Shown here: piece by piece, positions 9,436-18,584 of the stretch | Numbering within the stretch: the stretch's first letter is position 1 | Layout of the letters: the number at the start of each line of letters is the position of its first letter | NCBI GenBank assembly: GCA_028817225.1 | Contig: JAPPQC010000047.1 | Span: 9,284-73,283, forward strand | Length of the DNA stretch: 64,000 bases | DNA from: Gammaproteobacteria bacterium | Lineage (GTDB): Bacteria; Pseudomonadota; Gammaproteobacteria; Poriferisulfidales; Oxydemutatoraceae | Reading direction: 5' to 3' | Translations under genes and position numbers: made by a program | Notes under the pieces: generated by a model | Database searches by the model: none | The model's input: only the letters and a program-made list of their open reading frames with translations | Told to the model about the DNA's origin: nothing

Positions 9436-10221
9436 TCACCAGTCGCCGTACAAATACTGAAGCAGCGCAACACCCGCGGCGACGGCGGTTGCGACGCGCA
9501 GAATGCGCGGCCCCAGTCCGGTCGGCCTGAAACCGGCCTCCGCCGCGCGGCGGACTTCGTCGTCGCTCAAACTGCCTTCCGGGCCGACCAGCAGGTGCGC
9601 GCGGCGCGGCCTGGCGCGCACCGTGTCCGGAATGGCGTCGGCGCCGGGGTGCAGCACGAACGCCGGTTCATCGCCGGCGACGGGCGGCAGCGCCGCCAGA
9701 TCAACCGGCTCGGCCAGTTCCGGCAGCGCGACGCGGCCACTTTGCTCGCACGCGCCGATGACGATGCCGCGCCAGTGGCGAAGCCGTGCGGCGCCGCGCA
9801 CCGGCGCGCTGCGCGATGTCACCAGCGGCTGAATGCCGGAGACGCCCAGTTCGGTGGCTTTCCGGATTGCGGAGTCCATGTAATCGCTCTTGCACAGCGC
9901 CAGATACAGGCGCACATCCAGCGCCGGTTCGGCGGACGGCGCGAGCCGGCTTTCACAGCGGATGGCGCTCGCGCGGCGCGACACCGACTCGACCCGGCAC
10001 AGAAACTCGTCGCCGAGATGATTGAAGACGCGCACCATGCCGCCCGCGCGCATCCGCAGAACATGAAGCAGATGGTGATGGGCGCCGTCCGCGACCTCAA
10101 GCCCGGCGCCCTCGCCAAGGCGTTGTTCCAGGTAAATGCGCGGCAGATGCTCCGCCGCGCGTTCCGCGCCGGCGGCGCCCGGACGGGCCGCGGATGCCCG
10201 CAGCGCGCGGCGCGCGGTCAA
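9436..10221 (-). CDS. rsmE: 16S rRNA (uracil1498-N3)-methyltransferase RsmE
   Basis: N-terminal PRIYL(EQ) and C-terminal [13 protein letters not shown]...GPRILR motifs match RsmE. The ORF track extends it to 10401 across ahcY, which is implausible. The likely start is TTG at 10221, overlapping the ahcY TGA. The start is uncertain. Confidence 0.75.
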   Translation of the reverse strand: MTARRALRASAARPGAAGAERAAEHLPRIYLEQRLGEGAGLEVADGAHHHLLHVLRMRAGGMVRVFNHLGDEFLCRVESVSRRASAIRCESRLAPSAEPALDVRLYLALCKSDYMDSAIRKATELGVSGIQPLVTSRSAPVRGAARLRHWRGIVIGACEQSGRVALPELAEPVDLAALPPVAGDEPAFVLHPGADAIPDTVRARPRRAHLLVGPEGSLSDDEVRRAAEAGFRPTGLGPRILRVATAVAAGVALLQYLYGDW

Positions 10222-11531
10222 TAGCGGTAGTGGTCGGGCTTGTACGGGCCGTCCACCGGCACGCCGATGTAGTCGGCCTGTTCGGCGGTCAGTTCCGTCA
10301 GTTTCGCGCCGACCTTGTCCAGGTGCAGGCGGGCGACCTCCTCGTCGAGTTTCTTCGGCAGCACATGGACGCCGCTGTCGTAGCCACCGCCGTTTTGCCA
10401 CAGTTCAATCTGCGCCAGCACCTGGTTGGTGAAGGAGTTCGACATCACGAAACTGGGGTGGCCGGTGGCGCAGCCGAGGTTGACGAGCCGCCCCTCGGCC
10501 AGAAGAATCAGATGCTTGCCGTCGGCGAAGATGACATGGTCCACCTGCGGCTTGATGTTCTCCCAGCGGCAGTTCTTCTTCAACGAGGCGACATCAATCT
10601 CGTTGTCAAAATGGCCGATGTTGCAGACAATCGCCTGGTCTTTCATGCGCTGCATGTGGTCGTACGAAATGACGCGGTAGTTGCCGGTCGCGGTGACGAA
10701 AATATCCGCCGTGTCGGCGACATCGTCCAGCGCCACCACGCGGTAGCCCTCCATGCACGCTTGCAGCGCGCAAATCGGGTCCACCTCGGTCACCAAGACG
10801 CTGCAACCCTGCGCGCGCAGCGACTGCGCGCAGCCCTTGCCGACATCGCCGTAGCCGCAGACAACGGCGGTCTTGCCGGCGATCATCACATCGGTGGCGC
10901 GCTTGATGCCGTCGAGCAGCGATTCGCGGCAGCCGTAGATGTTGTCAAACTTCGACTTGGTCACCGAATCGTTGACATTGAACGCCACCGTCTTCAGCAG
11001 GCCGCGGCGCTGCATCTCGTAAAGCCGTTTGACGCCGGTCGTGGTCTCCTCGGAAACCCCCTTGATGGACGCCAGCAACTCCGGCCTGCGCTCGCAGACA
11101 AAGCCGGTCAGGTCGCCGCCGTCGTCGAGCAGCAGGTCGGGCGCCCAATCGCCGGGGCCTTGCAGCGTCTGCTCGATGCACCACCAGTATTCCGACTCGC
11201 TCTCGCCCTTCCACGCGAACACCGGAACGCCGGTGGCGGCGATGGCCGCCGCCGCGTGGTCCTGGGTCGAGAAGATGTTGCACGACGACCAGCGGACACT
11301 GGCGCCCAGTTCAATCAGCGTCTCGATCAGCACCGCGGTCTGTATCGTCATGTGCAGGCAGCCGGCGATGCGCGCGCCTTGCAGCGGCCTGTCGCCGGCG
11401 TAACGCTCGCGCAGCGCCATCAGCCCCGGCATCTCGGTCTCGGCAATCGCAATCTCCTTGCGCCCCCACCCGGCGAGGGCGATGTCGGCGACGCGGTGGT
11501 CTTCTTTCAGGTTTTCTGCCGGTTGGTTCAT
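10218..11531 (-). CDS. ahcY: S-adenosyl-L-homocysteine hydrolase (adenosylhomocysteinase)
   Basis: Begins [38 protein letters not shown] and carries the NAD-binding [10 protein letters not shown] motif. It is 437 aa from the ATG at 11531. The upstream ORF extension is rejected. Confidence 0.95.
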   Translation of the reverse strand: MNQPAENLKEDHRVADIALAGWGRKEIAIAETEMPGLMALRERYAGDRPLQGARIAGCLHMTIQTAVLIETLIELGASVRWSSCNIFSTQDHAAAAIAATGVPVFAWKGESESEYWWCIEQTLQGPGDWAPDLLLDDGGDLTGFVCERRPELLASIKGVSEETTTGVKRLYEMQRRGLLKTVAFNVNDSVTKSKFDNIYGCRESLLDGIKRATDVMIAGKTAVVCGYGDVGKGCAQSLRAQGCSVLVTEVDPICALQACMEGYRVVALDDVADTADIFVTATGNYRVISYDHMQRMKDQAIVCNIGHFDNEIDVASLKKNCRWENIKPQVDHVIFADGKHLILLAEGRLVNLGCATGHPSFVMSNSFTNQVLAQIELWQNGGGYDSGVHVLPKKLDEEVARLHLDKVGAKLTELTAEQADYIGVPVDGPYKPDHYRY

Positions 11532-11550
11532 GTTTTCCCCCTTTGGTTGG

Positions 11551-12729
11551 TTATTTGCGCGCGCCTGGCAGCGCGTCGCGCAGCAAGTCGGCCTTGTCGC
11601 GGCGCTCCCATGTGAAATCCTCGTCGCGCCTGCCAAAATGGCCGAAGGCGGCGGTGCGCCGGTAAATCGGGCGCAGCAAATCCAGCGCGTCAATGATTCC
11701 CGCCGGACGCAATTTGAAGTGCTCTCGTACCAGTCTCTCAATGCACACGTGATCAATGGCGCCGGTGCCGAAAGTCTCGACGCTGACCGAAGTCGGTTCG
11801 GCGACGCCGATGGCGTACGAAATCTGCACCTCACAGCGTTCGGCAAGCCCCGCCGCGACGATGTTCGCGGCGACATGGCGCGCGGCGTAAGCCGCCGAAC
11901 GGTCCACCTTGGACGGATCCTTGCCGGAAAAGGCGCCGCCGCCGTGGCGCGCCATGCCGCCGTAGGTGTCCACGATGATCTTGCGCCCGGTCAGTCCGCA
12001 GTCGCCGTCCGGCCCGCCGATGACAAAGGCCCCGGTCGGGTTGATGTAATAGCGGGTGGCGGATGAAAGCCACTTCTTCGGCAGCACCGGGTTGATAATC
12101 GTCTCCATCACCGCTTCCTTAATCCGGGACTGCTTCACACCCTCGTCATGCTGTGTCGAGAACACCACCGCGTCAATGCCGACGGGGCGGCCGTCTTTGT
12201 AGCGAAAGGTCAACTGCGCCTTGGCGTCCGGGCGCAGCCACTGGACGGCGCCGTTTTTTCGCACTTCGGAGTGCTCCCTGACAAGGCGGTGGGCGTAATC
12301 AATCGGCGCCGGCATCAGCGCGTCGGTCTCTCTGGTGGCGTAGCCGAACATCAGCCCCTGGTCGCCGGCGCCCTGGTCGTCGGCGGCGTCGCGGTCCACG
12401 CCCTGGGCGATATCGGGCGACTGCTCGCCCAGCAGCGACATCACCGCGCAGGTGTGCCCGTTGAAGACGAGTTCCGGGCGGTCGTAACCGATGTCGTTGA
12501 CGACCTGCCGCACAACCGCCTCGTAATTAACGCCCACCGGCGCGCTGATCTCGCCGGCCAGCACCACGCGGTTGTCCTTGACCAGCGTCTCGCAGGCGAC
12601 GCGAACGCCGCGCCGCGCACCGGACGGCGCGGCTTCAAGCACCGCGTCCAGAACCGCGTCGGAAATCTGGTCGCAGATTTTGTCCGGGTGCCCTTCGGAC
12701 ACCGACTCTGAGGTGAAAAGTTTCTCCAT
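11551..12729 (-). CDS. metK: S-adenosylmethionine synthetase
   Basis: Begins [29 protein letters not shown] and is a full-length MetK. It is 20 bp upstream of ahcY, forming a methyl-cycle operon. Confidence 0.95.
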   Translation of the reverse strand: MEKLFTSESVSEGHPDKICDQISDAVLDAVLEAAPSGARRGVRVACETLVKDNRVVLAGEISAPVGVNYEAVVRQVVNDIGYDRPELVFNGHTCAVMSLLGEQSPDIAQGVDRDAADDQGAGDQGLMFGYATRETDALMPAPIDYAHRLVREHSEVRKNGAVQWLRPDAKAQLTFRYKDGRPVGIDAVVFSTQHDEGVKQSRIKEAVMETIINPVLPKKWLSSATRYYINPTGAFVIGGPDGDCGLTGRKIIVDTYGGMARHGGGAFSGKDPSKVDRSAAYAARHVAANIVAAGLAERCEVQISYAIGVAEPTSVSVETFGTGAIDHVCIERLVREHFKLRPAGIIDALDLLRPIYRRTAAFGHFGRRDEDFTWERRDKADLLRDALPGARK

Positions 12730-12747
12730 GGCGGGAACAAACCGGGC

Positions 12748-12775
12748 ATTATACCAAGCACACGCGCCGGGTCAT
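12748..12775 (-). promoter_or_regulatory. Candidate sigma70 promoter for metK
   Basis: An extended -10 TGGTATAAT (plus-strand attatacca at 12748-12756) with a TGACCC-like -35 17 bp upstream. The leader is only about 20 nt, so there is no room for a SAM or SAH riboswitch. Confidence 0.4.
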
Positions 12776-12787
12776 CCGCCGCGCGGC

Positions 12788-12816
12788 TTGAAAGGGCGCG
12801 AAAAGCGGCGTATGCT
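12788..12816 (+). promoter_or_regulatory. Candidate sigma70 promoter for the redoxin gene, divergent from metK
   Basis: TTGAAA at 12788-12793, a 17-bp spacer, then TATGCT at 12811-12816, placed 27 bp upstream of the ATG at 12844. Confidence 0.4.
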
Positions 12817-12843
12817 ACCCGCCTCACCCGGAGCGACGACCCC

Positions 12844-13398
12844 ATGGCGGCAAAAACAACCCCGGTCTGCGAGTTCGGCCTGGCCGCCGCGGACTTCAGC
12901 CTGCCCGGCACAGACGGCAAAACGCACGACCTGCGCGGCTGCATGGGCGACAACGGCCTGCTGGTGATGTTCATCTGCAACCACTGCCCGTTCGTCAAGG
13001 CGATACAGCGCAAACTGGTGCGCGACACCAACGACCTGCTGAAACACGGCATCCACTCGGTCGCCATCATGTCGAACGACCCCGCCGAATACCCGGAAGA
13101 CTCGTTCGACAACATGAAGAAGGTCGCCAAACAATTCGGCTACCCGTTTCCCTATCTCTACGACGAAAGCCAGCAGGTGGCAAAAACCTACGGCGCCGTC
13201 TGCACGCCCGACTTCTTCGGCTACAACAAGGACTGCAAACTCCAGTTTCGCGGGCGCCTCGACGACAGCGGCCCGGTGAAGACCGGCGACAACGCGCCGC
13301 GCGAACTCTACGAAGCGATGAAGCAGGTCGCCGAGACCGGGCGCGGCCCGAAAAAACAGACACCGAGCATCGGCTGCTCAATCAAGTGGCGGCGCTGA
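12844..13398 (+). CDS. Thioredoxin-fold protein (AhpC/TSA/redoxin family, CxxC)
   Basis: Contains the CNHCPFV active-site-like motif. It is 184 aa with no signal peptide. Confidence 0.75.
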   Translation: MAAKTTPVCEFGLAAADFSLPGTDGKTHDLRGCMGDNGLLVMFICNHCPFVKAIQRKLVRDTNDLLKHGIHSVAIMSNDPAEYPEDSFDNMKKVAKQFGYPFPYLYDESQQVAKTYGAVCTPDFFGYNKDCKLQFRGRLDDSGPVKTGDNAPRELYEAMKQVAETGRGPKKQTPSIGCSIKWRR

Positions 13399-13557
13399 CC
13401 GGCGCCGGGCTTGTTCCGCCGGTTTCAGATTAAAGCCGCCGGGCCGTTTCTCCGGCGCCGGTGCAAACGATTGCGGCGCTGACCGGCGCCGGGCTTATTC
13501 CACCAGTTTCAGATTGGGGCCGCCGGGGCGTTTCTTCGGCGCCGGCGCCGAGGATTG
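13390..13557. repeat. Imperfect tandem duplication (2 x ~84 bp, ~85% identity) of the sspB 3' end
   Basis: Copy 2 (13474-13557) encodes the real sspB C-terminus (...PGGPNLKLVE*). Copy 1 (13390-13473) is a degenerate duplicate in the intergenic spacer. It begins exactly at the convergent redoxin stop codon. Confidence 0.75.
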
Positions 13558-13926
13558 CCGCGCCGGCGATTGCGGTTGCGGCGGTTGCGCCGCCGGCGGC
13601 TGCGCGCCGGACGACGGCGCCTTGTCCGACAGCATCATGCCCTGCATGTTCTCGCGCGCGTAAATCATCAGCACCGCGTCCAGCGGCACCACGACCATCT
13701 CGGCGCGCCCGCCGAAACGCGCGCTGAAAGAAACCGCCTCGTCGTCCATCACAAAATCGCGCACCGCGTCCGCCGAGATGTTCAGCGTAACCAGGTTGTT
13801 CCTGTCGTGGCCGGGCGGCATCCGCACGCCGGGGTGCAGCAGATTGAAGACAATGTGCGGCGTGCAGCCGTTGTCCACAATCCACTGGTGGATCGCGCGA
13901 AACAGATAGGGCCGCCGCGAGGTCAA
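13495..13926 (-). CDS. sspB: ClpXP protease specificity-enhancing factor / stringent starvation protein B
   Basis: The N-terminus MTSRRPYLFRAIHQWIVDNGCTPHIVF matches SspB. The C-terminal tail is unstructured, Pro/Gln-rich and ends in an XB-like terminus. Confidence 0.9.
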   Translation of the reverse strand: MTSRRPYLFRAIHQWIVDNGCTPHIVFNLLHPGVRMPPGHDRNNLVTLNISADAVRDFVMDDEAVSFSARFGGRAEMVVVPLDAVLMIYARENMQGMMLSDKAPSSGAQPPAAQPPQPQSPARQSSAPAPKKRPGGPNLKLVE

Positions 13927-13935
13927 GGCCGCAGT

Positions 13936-14541
13936 TTACCGGGGCGCGAGGTCGGCCTCGGCTTCGGTCAGGCTCAGGCGGAACGAAGGCCGCTCGAAAA
14001 TCCGCTTGGCGTACTGCCACACCGGCTTGAGCCGCCTGTTGGAGGCGTAGGTGATGTTCAGCGGCGGCAGGCGCCACAGAATCGAGGCGAGGCTGCAATC
14101 GAGCAGGCTGAACTCGTCGTTCAGGAAATAGCGGCTCGACTGGAAGATGGAGACCTGCGACAGCAGCGCCTCTTCCAGCACCTTCCGCGCCTTGTTGGCG
14201 ACCTTGCGGTTTGACGACTGCGCCTTCTTCAACTGCGGGTACCAGTCGGTCTCGATGTGGTACATGCCGAGGCGCAGGCGCGCGCGGCGCATCGGATCAA
14301 TCGGCATCAGCGGCGGATGCGGAAAGCGCTCTTCCAGGTAATCGAGGATGGTGCGCGAATCATAGATGACGATGTCGCGGTCCACCAGCGTCGGCACCGA
14401 GTTGTAGGGGTTGATCTCGGACAAATCGCCGGGCGGCCTGGCGCCGTCCACCGGCACCGTGTTGAAGTCAATCTCCTTCTCGGCCAGCGTAATCCGCACA
14501 CGGTGGCACAGCGGGCACAGCGAGCCGGAGAACAGCGTCAT
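13936..14541 (-). CDS. sspA: Stringent starvation protein A (GST-like transcription factor)
   Basis: The core from MTLFSGSLCPLCHRVRITLAEKEI... to ...SLTEAEADL aligns along its whole length with E. coli SspA. The ORF continues in-frame upstream to 14820 through a Lys/Ala-rich repeat (see findings). The core start is given here. Confidence 0.9.
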   Translation of the reverse strand: MTLFSGSLCPLCHRVRITLAEKEIDFNTVPVDGARPPGDLSEINPYNSVPTLVDRDIVIYDSRTILDYLEERFPHPPLMPIDPMRRARLRLGMYHIETDWYPQLKKAQSSNRKVANKARKVLEEALLSQVSIFQSSRYFLNDEFSLLDCSLASILWRLPPLNITYASNRRLKPVWQYAKRIFERPSFRLSLTEAEADLAPR

Positions 14542-14689
14542 CACAATCTGGCGGTCCGGCAGCAGCGTCGTCTTGCCGTCGGCCTGCTCGTCGCCCTGCT
14601 CCTCAGACTGATCTTCGATCTGGTCGTCCGGCTGCTCGTCCGGCGCGCCGTTCGCCGCGGCCTCCGCCCTGGCGTTCGCCTCGGCCTCC

Positions 14690-14800
14690 GCCTTGGCTTT
14701 CACCGCGGCGTCCGCCTTGGCCTTCGCCACGGCGTCCGCTTTGGCCTTCGCCGCAGCGTTCGCTTTGGCTTTCACCGAAGCGTTCGCCTTCTTCTTAGTG
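14690..14800. repeat. Array of ~15-bp tandem repeats (GCCTTGGCYTTCGCC-like, 7 units)
   Basis: Seen directly between the petC stop and the sspA core. In the sspA frame it encodes (AKAKADA)n. Confidence 0.7.
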
Positions 14801-15541
14801 GATGTCTTTCCAGTACTCACGTTTCAGAAAATAAGTTACGCCGAGCAGCAGCAACAGAAACAGGATAACCCAGATTCCGGATTTCTCGCGCTTCAGCGCC
14901 GCCGGCTCGGCCAGATAGGCAAGAAAAGTGACCAGGTCGCGCACGACCTCGTCGTATTCCTCTTCGGACAGCAAACCGGGCTTGACCAGTTCAAAACCGG
15001 CAATCACCCGCCGGTCGCCGTTGGCTCCGCCGTTCTCTTTATACACCGGTTGCTGCCATCCTTGCAACTCCCACAGCACATGCGGCATCGCAACATGCTG
15101 AAATATCGCGTTATTTACCCCCATCGGACGGGACTCGTCCAGGTAGAAGGCCTTCAGGTAGGTGTAGAGCCAGTCCACCCCGCGCGAACGCGCCACCAGC
15201 GTCAAATCCGGCGCCGGCGCGCCGAACCATTCCAGCGCCTTGTCCTCCGGCATCGCGACCGTCATCAGGTCGCCAATCTTGCCGCCGGTCAGAATCAGGT
15301 TTTCCCTGACCAACTCCTCCGACAGACCGAGGTCCTCGCCGACCCACTGGTAACGCGCATAACGCGAACTGTGGCAACTCAAACAGTAGTTGACGAAATA
15401 CTTCGCGCCGCGCTGCAACGCGGCGTGGTTGTGAATGCTGATCTCGACCGCCTGCAGCGGATAGCCCAAATCCGCCGCCGCCGCCGGCGCCGGCGCAGCC
15501 GCCAGCGCAGCCAGCAGCGCCGCCGCCGCCCGCGCGCTCAC
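14795..15541 (-). CDS. petC: Cytochrome c1 of ubiquinol-cytochrome c reductase
   Basis: Heme site CLSCH, a C-terminal TM anchor, and a signal peptide MSARAAAALLAALAAAPAPAAAA. The GTG start overlaps the petB stop (ATGTGA). The 835-aa ORF-track entry is a frame fusion and is rejected. Confidence 0.9.
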   Translation of the reverse strand: MSARAAAALLAALAAAPAPAAAADLGYPLQAVEISIHNHAALQRGAKYFVNYCLSCHSSRYARYQWVGEDLGLSEELVRENLILTGGKIGDLMTVAMPEDKALEWFGAPAPDLTLVARSRGVDWLYTYLKAFYLDESRPMGVNNAIFQHVAMPHVLWELQGWQQPVYKENGGANGDRRVIAGFELVKPGLLSEEEYDEVVRDLVTFLAYLAEPAALKREKSGIWVILFLLLLLGVTYFLKREYWKDIH

Positions 15542-16929
15542 ATCCGCACCCTGGCGGGCGCCGCCTTGTCGCTGCCGAGGCGCTCGACCATCGGCAACAG
15601 CAGGTGAATGGCGAGATAGACCGCCGGAATCAGCCAGCCCGGCACAATCAGCGGCCAGATCTCGTCGTAGCCGCGCACATAATCGTAGAGTGTAATCAGG
15701 CCGACGAGGGCCGCGAACCAGATGATGTAAAACGCCGCCGTGCGCCTTTTGCTGTACACCCACAGCACGAAGAAAAACAGGAAATACAGTTCGCTGAAAC
15801 GCACCGCCATCTCGGTTCGCAGCGGGTTGACCGACAGCGTGCCGAGATAGCCGAGATAGACGAAGGCGATGACGAAAAACGCCAGGTTCACCTTGTAGAG
15901 AAAACTGCGGTAGCGCACCGACTTCACCGGGTTGCGATCGATCCACGGCAGGAAAAACAGAATCAGGATGGACGCCGTCATCGCCAGCACGCCGTACCAC
16001 GGGTCCGGAATCGCGCGCAGCACCGTGTAGAACGGCGTGAAATACCACAGCGGCGAGATGTGCTCCGGCGTCAGCAGCGGGTTGGCCTCGACGAAGTTGT
16101 TGTGCTCGAGAAAATAGCCGCCCATCTCCGGCACATAAAAGACGACGACGGTGAACAGCAGCAGAAAGACGACGGCGCCGACGATGTCCTTGACCGTGTA
16201 ATACGGGTGAAACGGAACGCCGTCGCGCGGGTTGCCGTCGGCGTCCTTGTCGGCCTTGATCTCGATGCCGTCGGGGTTGTTCGAGCCGACCTCGTGCAGC
16301 GCCATGATGTGGAGAAACACCAGCCCCACCAGCACCAGCGGCAGCGCGATGACATGAAAGGCGAAAAAGCGGTTGAGCGTGGCGTCCGACACCACATAGT
16401 CGCCGCGTATCCACACCGCCAGGTCGGGGCCGATGTACGGAATCGCGCCGAACAGGTTGATGATGACCTGCGCGCCCCAGTACGACATCTGCCCCCACGG
16501 CAGCAGATAGCCCATGAACGCCTCGGCCATCAGCGTCAGGTAGATGAACATGCCGATCAGCCACAGCAGTTCGCGCGGCTTCTTGAAGGAGCCGTACATC
16601 AGCCCGCGAAACATGTGCAGGTAGATGATGATGAAAAACGCCGAGGCGCCGGTCGAGTGCATGTAGCGTATCAGCCACCCCCACTCGACATCGCGCATGA
16701 TGTACTCGACCGACGCGAAGGCCAGCGCCGCGTCCGGCTTGTAGTGCATCGTCAGGAAAATGCCGGTCACAATCTGCATCACCAGCACCAGCAGCGCCAG
16801 CGAGCCGAAGAAATACCACAGGTTGAAGTTCTTCGGCGCGTAGTATTTGGCGAGGTGCTCGTTCCACAGCCGCGTCAGCGGAAAGCGCTCGTCTATCCAG
16901 CCGATGAGGCCGCCGGCCTTTTCCGTCAC
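15538..16929 (-). CDS. petB: Cytochrome b
   Basis: Full-length PetB (MTEKAGGLIGWIDERFPLTRLWNEHL...). Confidence 0.95.
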   Translation of the reverse strand: MTEKAGGLIGWIDERFPLTRLWNEHLAKYYAPKNFNLWYFFGSLALLVLVMQIVTGIFLTMHYKPDAALAFASVEYIMRDVEWGWLIRYMHSTGASAFFIIIYLHMFRGLMYGSFKKPRELLWLIGMFIYLTLMAEAFMGYLLPWGQMSYWGAQVIINLFGAIPYIGPDLAVWIRGDYVVSDATLNRFFAFHVIALPLVLVGLVFLHIMALHEVGSNNPDGIEIKADKDADGNPRDGVPFHPYYTVKDIVGAVVFLLLFTVVVFYVPEMGGYFLEHNNFVEANPLLTPEHISPLWYFTPFYTVLRAIPDPWYGVLAMTASILILFFLPWIDRNPVKSVRYRSFLYKVNLAFFVIAFVYLGYLGTLSVNPLRTEMAVRFSELYFLFFFVLWVYSKRRTAAFYIIWFAALVGLITLYDYVRGYDEIWPLIVPGWLIPAVYLAIHLLLPMVERLGSDKAAPARVRM

Positions 16930-17525
16930 GCGCTGTCCTCCCCGGACTCGCCGACGATGATGCGGTCGCCGCCGGCGAAGCGGTACGGCGGCACCTCCAG
17001 ATTCTTCGGCGCCGGCACGCTGCGATAGACGCGCCCGGCCAGGTCAAAGCGCGAGCCGTGGCAGGCGCAGAAAAACCCGCCCGGCCAGTGTTCGCCGAGG
17101 TCCTCCGGCGCGGCATCCGGGCGGAAGGTCGGCGAGCAGCCGAGGTGGGTGCAAACCCCCACCAGCACCAGGTATTCGGGCTTGATGGAGCGGTGCGGGT
17201 TCTTCGTGTATTGCGGCTGCTCGGAGAAGTCCGAGACCGGGTCGCGCAGGTGCGATTCCGACTCGCGCAGCGATTCCAGCATCTGCGGCGTGCGGCGCAC
17301 AATCCACACCGGCTTGCCGCGCCATTCCTCGCGGATCATTTCGCCGGGTTCTATCTTCGACAAATCCACCTCGACCGGCGCGCCCGCCGCCTGCGCCCTC
17401 GCGCTCGGACTCATCATCCTGACAAACGGCCACGCCGACACAACGCCGCCGATGCCGCCAATCAGCCCGGCCAGCGTCCGCAGAAAACGCCGCCGTTTGG
17501 TATCCAGTTTGTACTCGTCCGACAT
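16926..17525 (-). CDS. petA: Rieske iron-sulfur subunit of the cytochrome bc1 complex
   Basis: Tat signal RRRFLRTLAGLIGG, and the CTHLGC and CACHGS Rieske boxes. Confidence 0.95.
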   Translation of the reverse strand: MSDEYKLDTKRRRFLRTLAGLIGGIGGVVSAWPFVRMMSPSARAQAAGAPVEVDLSKIEPGEMIREEWRGKPVWIVRRTPQMLESLRESESHLRDPVSDFSEQPQYTKNPHRSIKPEYLVLVGVCTHLGCSPTFRPDAAPEDLGEHWPGGFFCACHGSRFDLAGRVYRSVPAPKNLEVPPYRFAGGDRIIVGESGEDSA

Positions 17526-17577
17526 GAAGAGGGGGCGCCCCGGAAGTCAGCCGACTCCGGCGCGTGAACAATCCCGC

Positions 17578-17606
17578 ATGATAACCGTTTTGCCGCCGCC
17601 AGACAA
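17578..17606 (-). promoter_or_regulatory. Candidate sigma70 promoter for petABC
   Basis: On the minus strand, TTGTCT, a 17-bp spacer, then TATCAT, about 45 nt upstream of the petA ATG. Confidence 0.3.
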
Positions 17607-17746
17607 GCGCTTTTCGCGGTTTTTGTCCTGTACAGGCGGCGGCGCGACGGCAAAAACGCCGCCGGCGGGTTCGTCAACGACGCCCGCCGCCCATCCATCG
17701 GCGCCCGCCGCCGGCCCGTCAACCGCCCCGGCCATTCAGCGCCCCG

Positions 17747-18505
17747 TCAAACCGGGTTGTCAATGTCAATGAAGACATGCTCGATGGAAAACTCCCGCGC
17801 AAGGCGTTCGCCGAGGGCCTGCACGCCATAGCGTTCGGTCGCGTGGTGGCCGGCGGCGTAGTAATGCACGCCCTCTTCGCGCGCGATGTGGGTGGTTCTT
17901 TCCGACGCCTCGCCGCTGATGAACGCATCCAGGCCCAGGCGCACCGCGTATTCAATGTCGTCCTGCGCGGCGCCGGTGCACCAGCCGACGGTGCGCACCG
18001 GCCCGCCGCCGCCGTCCACCAGCAGCGGCTTGCGCGCCAGCGCCCGCTCGATGCGCCGCTGCAATTCGCCGGCGTCGCACGGCGCCTCCAGCACGCCGTG
18101 CATCGCAATCGGCGCGCTGCGGTCGCTGTCCAGCACGCCCTCAATACGCAGCCCCAGCCGCCGCGCCAGTTGCGCGTTGTTGCCGAGTTGCGGGTGCGCG
18201 TCGAGCGGCAGATGGTAGGCCAGCAGGCCGATGCCGCTTTCCAGCAAACGCCGCAGACGCCGCGCCTTCATGCCCGTCAGCACCGGCGACTCGCCGCGCC
18301 AGAAATAACCGTGGTGAACCAGCAGCGCGTCGGCATCGCGCCGCGCCGCCGCCTCGATCAAATCAAGGCACGCGGTCACGCCGGAAACCAGGCGGCGCAC
18401 CGGGCGCGCGCCCTCCACCTGCAAGCCGTTCGGGCAATAGTCCTGAAACCGCGCCGTTTCCAGACAGCGGTCGGCGTAGTCGGCGATGTCGGCCAGCGCC
18501 GTCAT
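17747..18505 (-). CDS. Nif3-like dinuclear metal-centre protein (YbgI / GTP cyclohydrolase 1 type 2 family)
   Basis: 252 aa with conserved His and Glu clusters (HHGYFW, YHLPLDAHP, AGHHATE). Confidence 0.85.
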   Translation of the reverse strand: MTALADIADYADRCLETARFQDYCPNGLQVEGARPVRRLVSGVTACLDLIEAAARRDADALLVHHGYFWRGESPVLTGMKARRLRRLLESGIGLLAYHLPLDAHPQLGNNAQLARRLGLRIEGVLDSDRSAPIAMHGVLEAPCDAGELQRRIERALARKPLLVDGGGGPVRTVGWCTGAAQDDIEYAVRLGLDAFISGEASERTTHIAREEGVHYYAAGHHATERYGVQALGERLAREFSIEHVFIDIDNPV

Positions 18506-18584
18506 TTGCCGCCGCCCGCCGACGCCCGTTCGCGCAACGCGCCGGCCAGGGCGTCGTTGCCGGCGCGTATCCGGTCCACGGCCA

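Noticed and set aside
12730-12843. SAM or SAH riboswitch upstream of metK-ahcY
   Set aside because: The metK leader is only about 20 nt between a strong extended -10 and the ATG, and ahcY follows metK by 20 bp. There is no room for the conserved riboswitch structures.
14690-14800. Possible CRISPR-like or minisatellite array
   Set aside because: The 15-bp units are contiguous with no spacers and lie in an open reading frame encoding AKAKA repeats, so this is not CRISPR. It is recorded as a coding or 5'-proximal tandem repeat instead.
14795-17302. 835-aa minus-strand ORF spanning 14795-17302
   Set aside because: It is a frame fusion. Only its last 248 codons are cytochrome c1. The rest is an out-of-frame read-through across petB and petA, which are each intact in their own frames.
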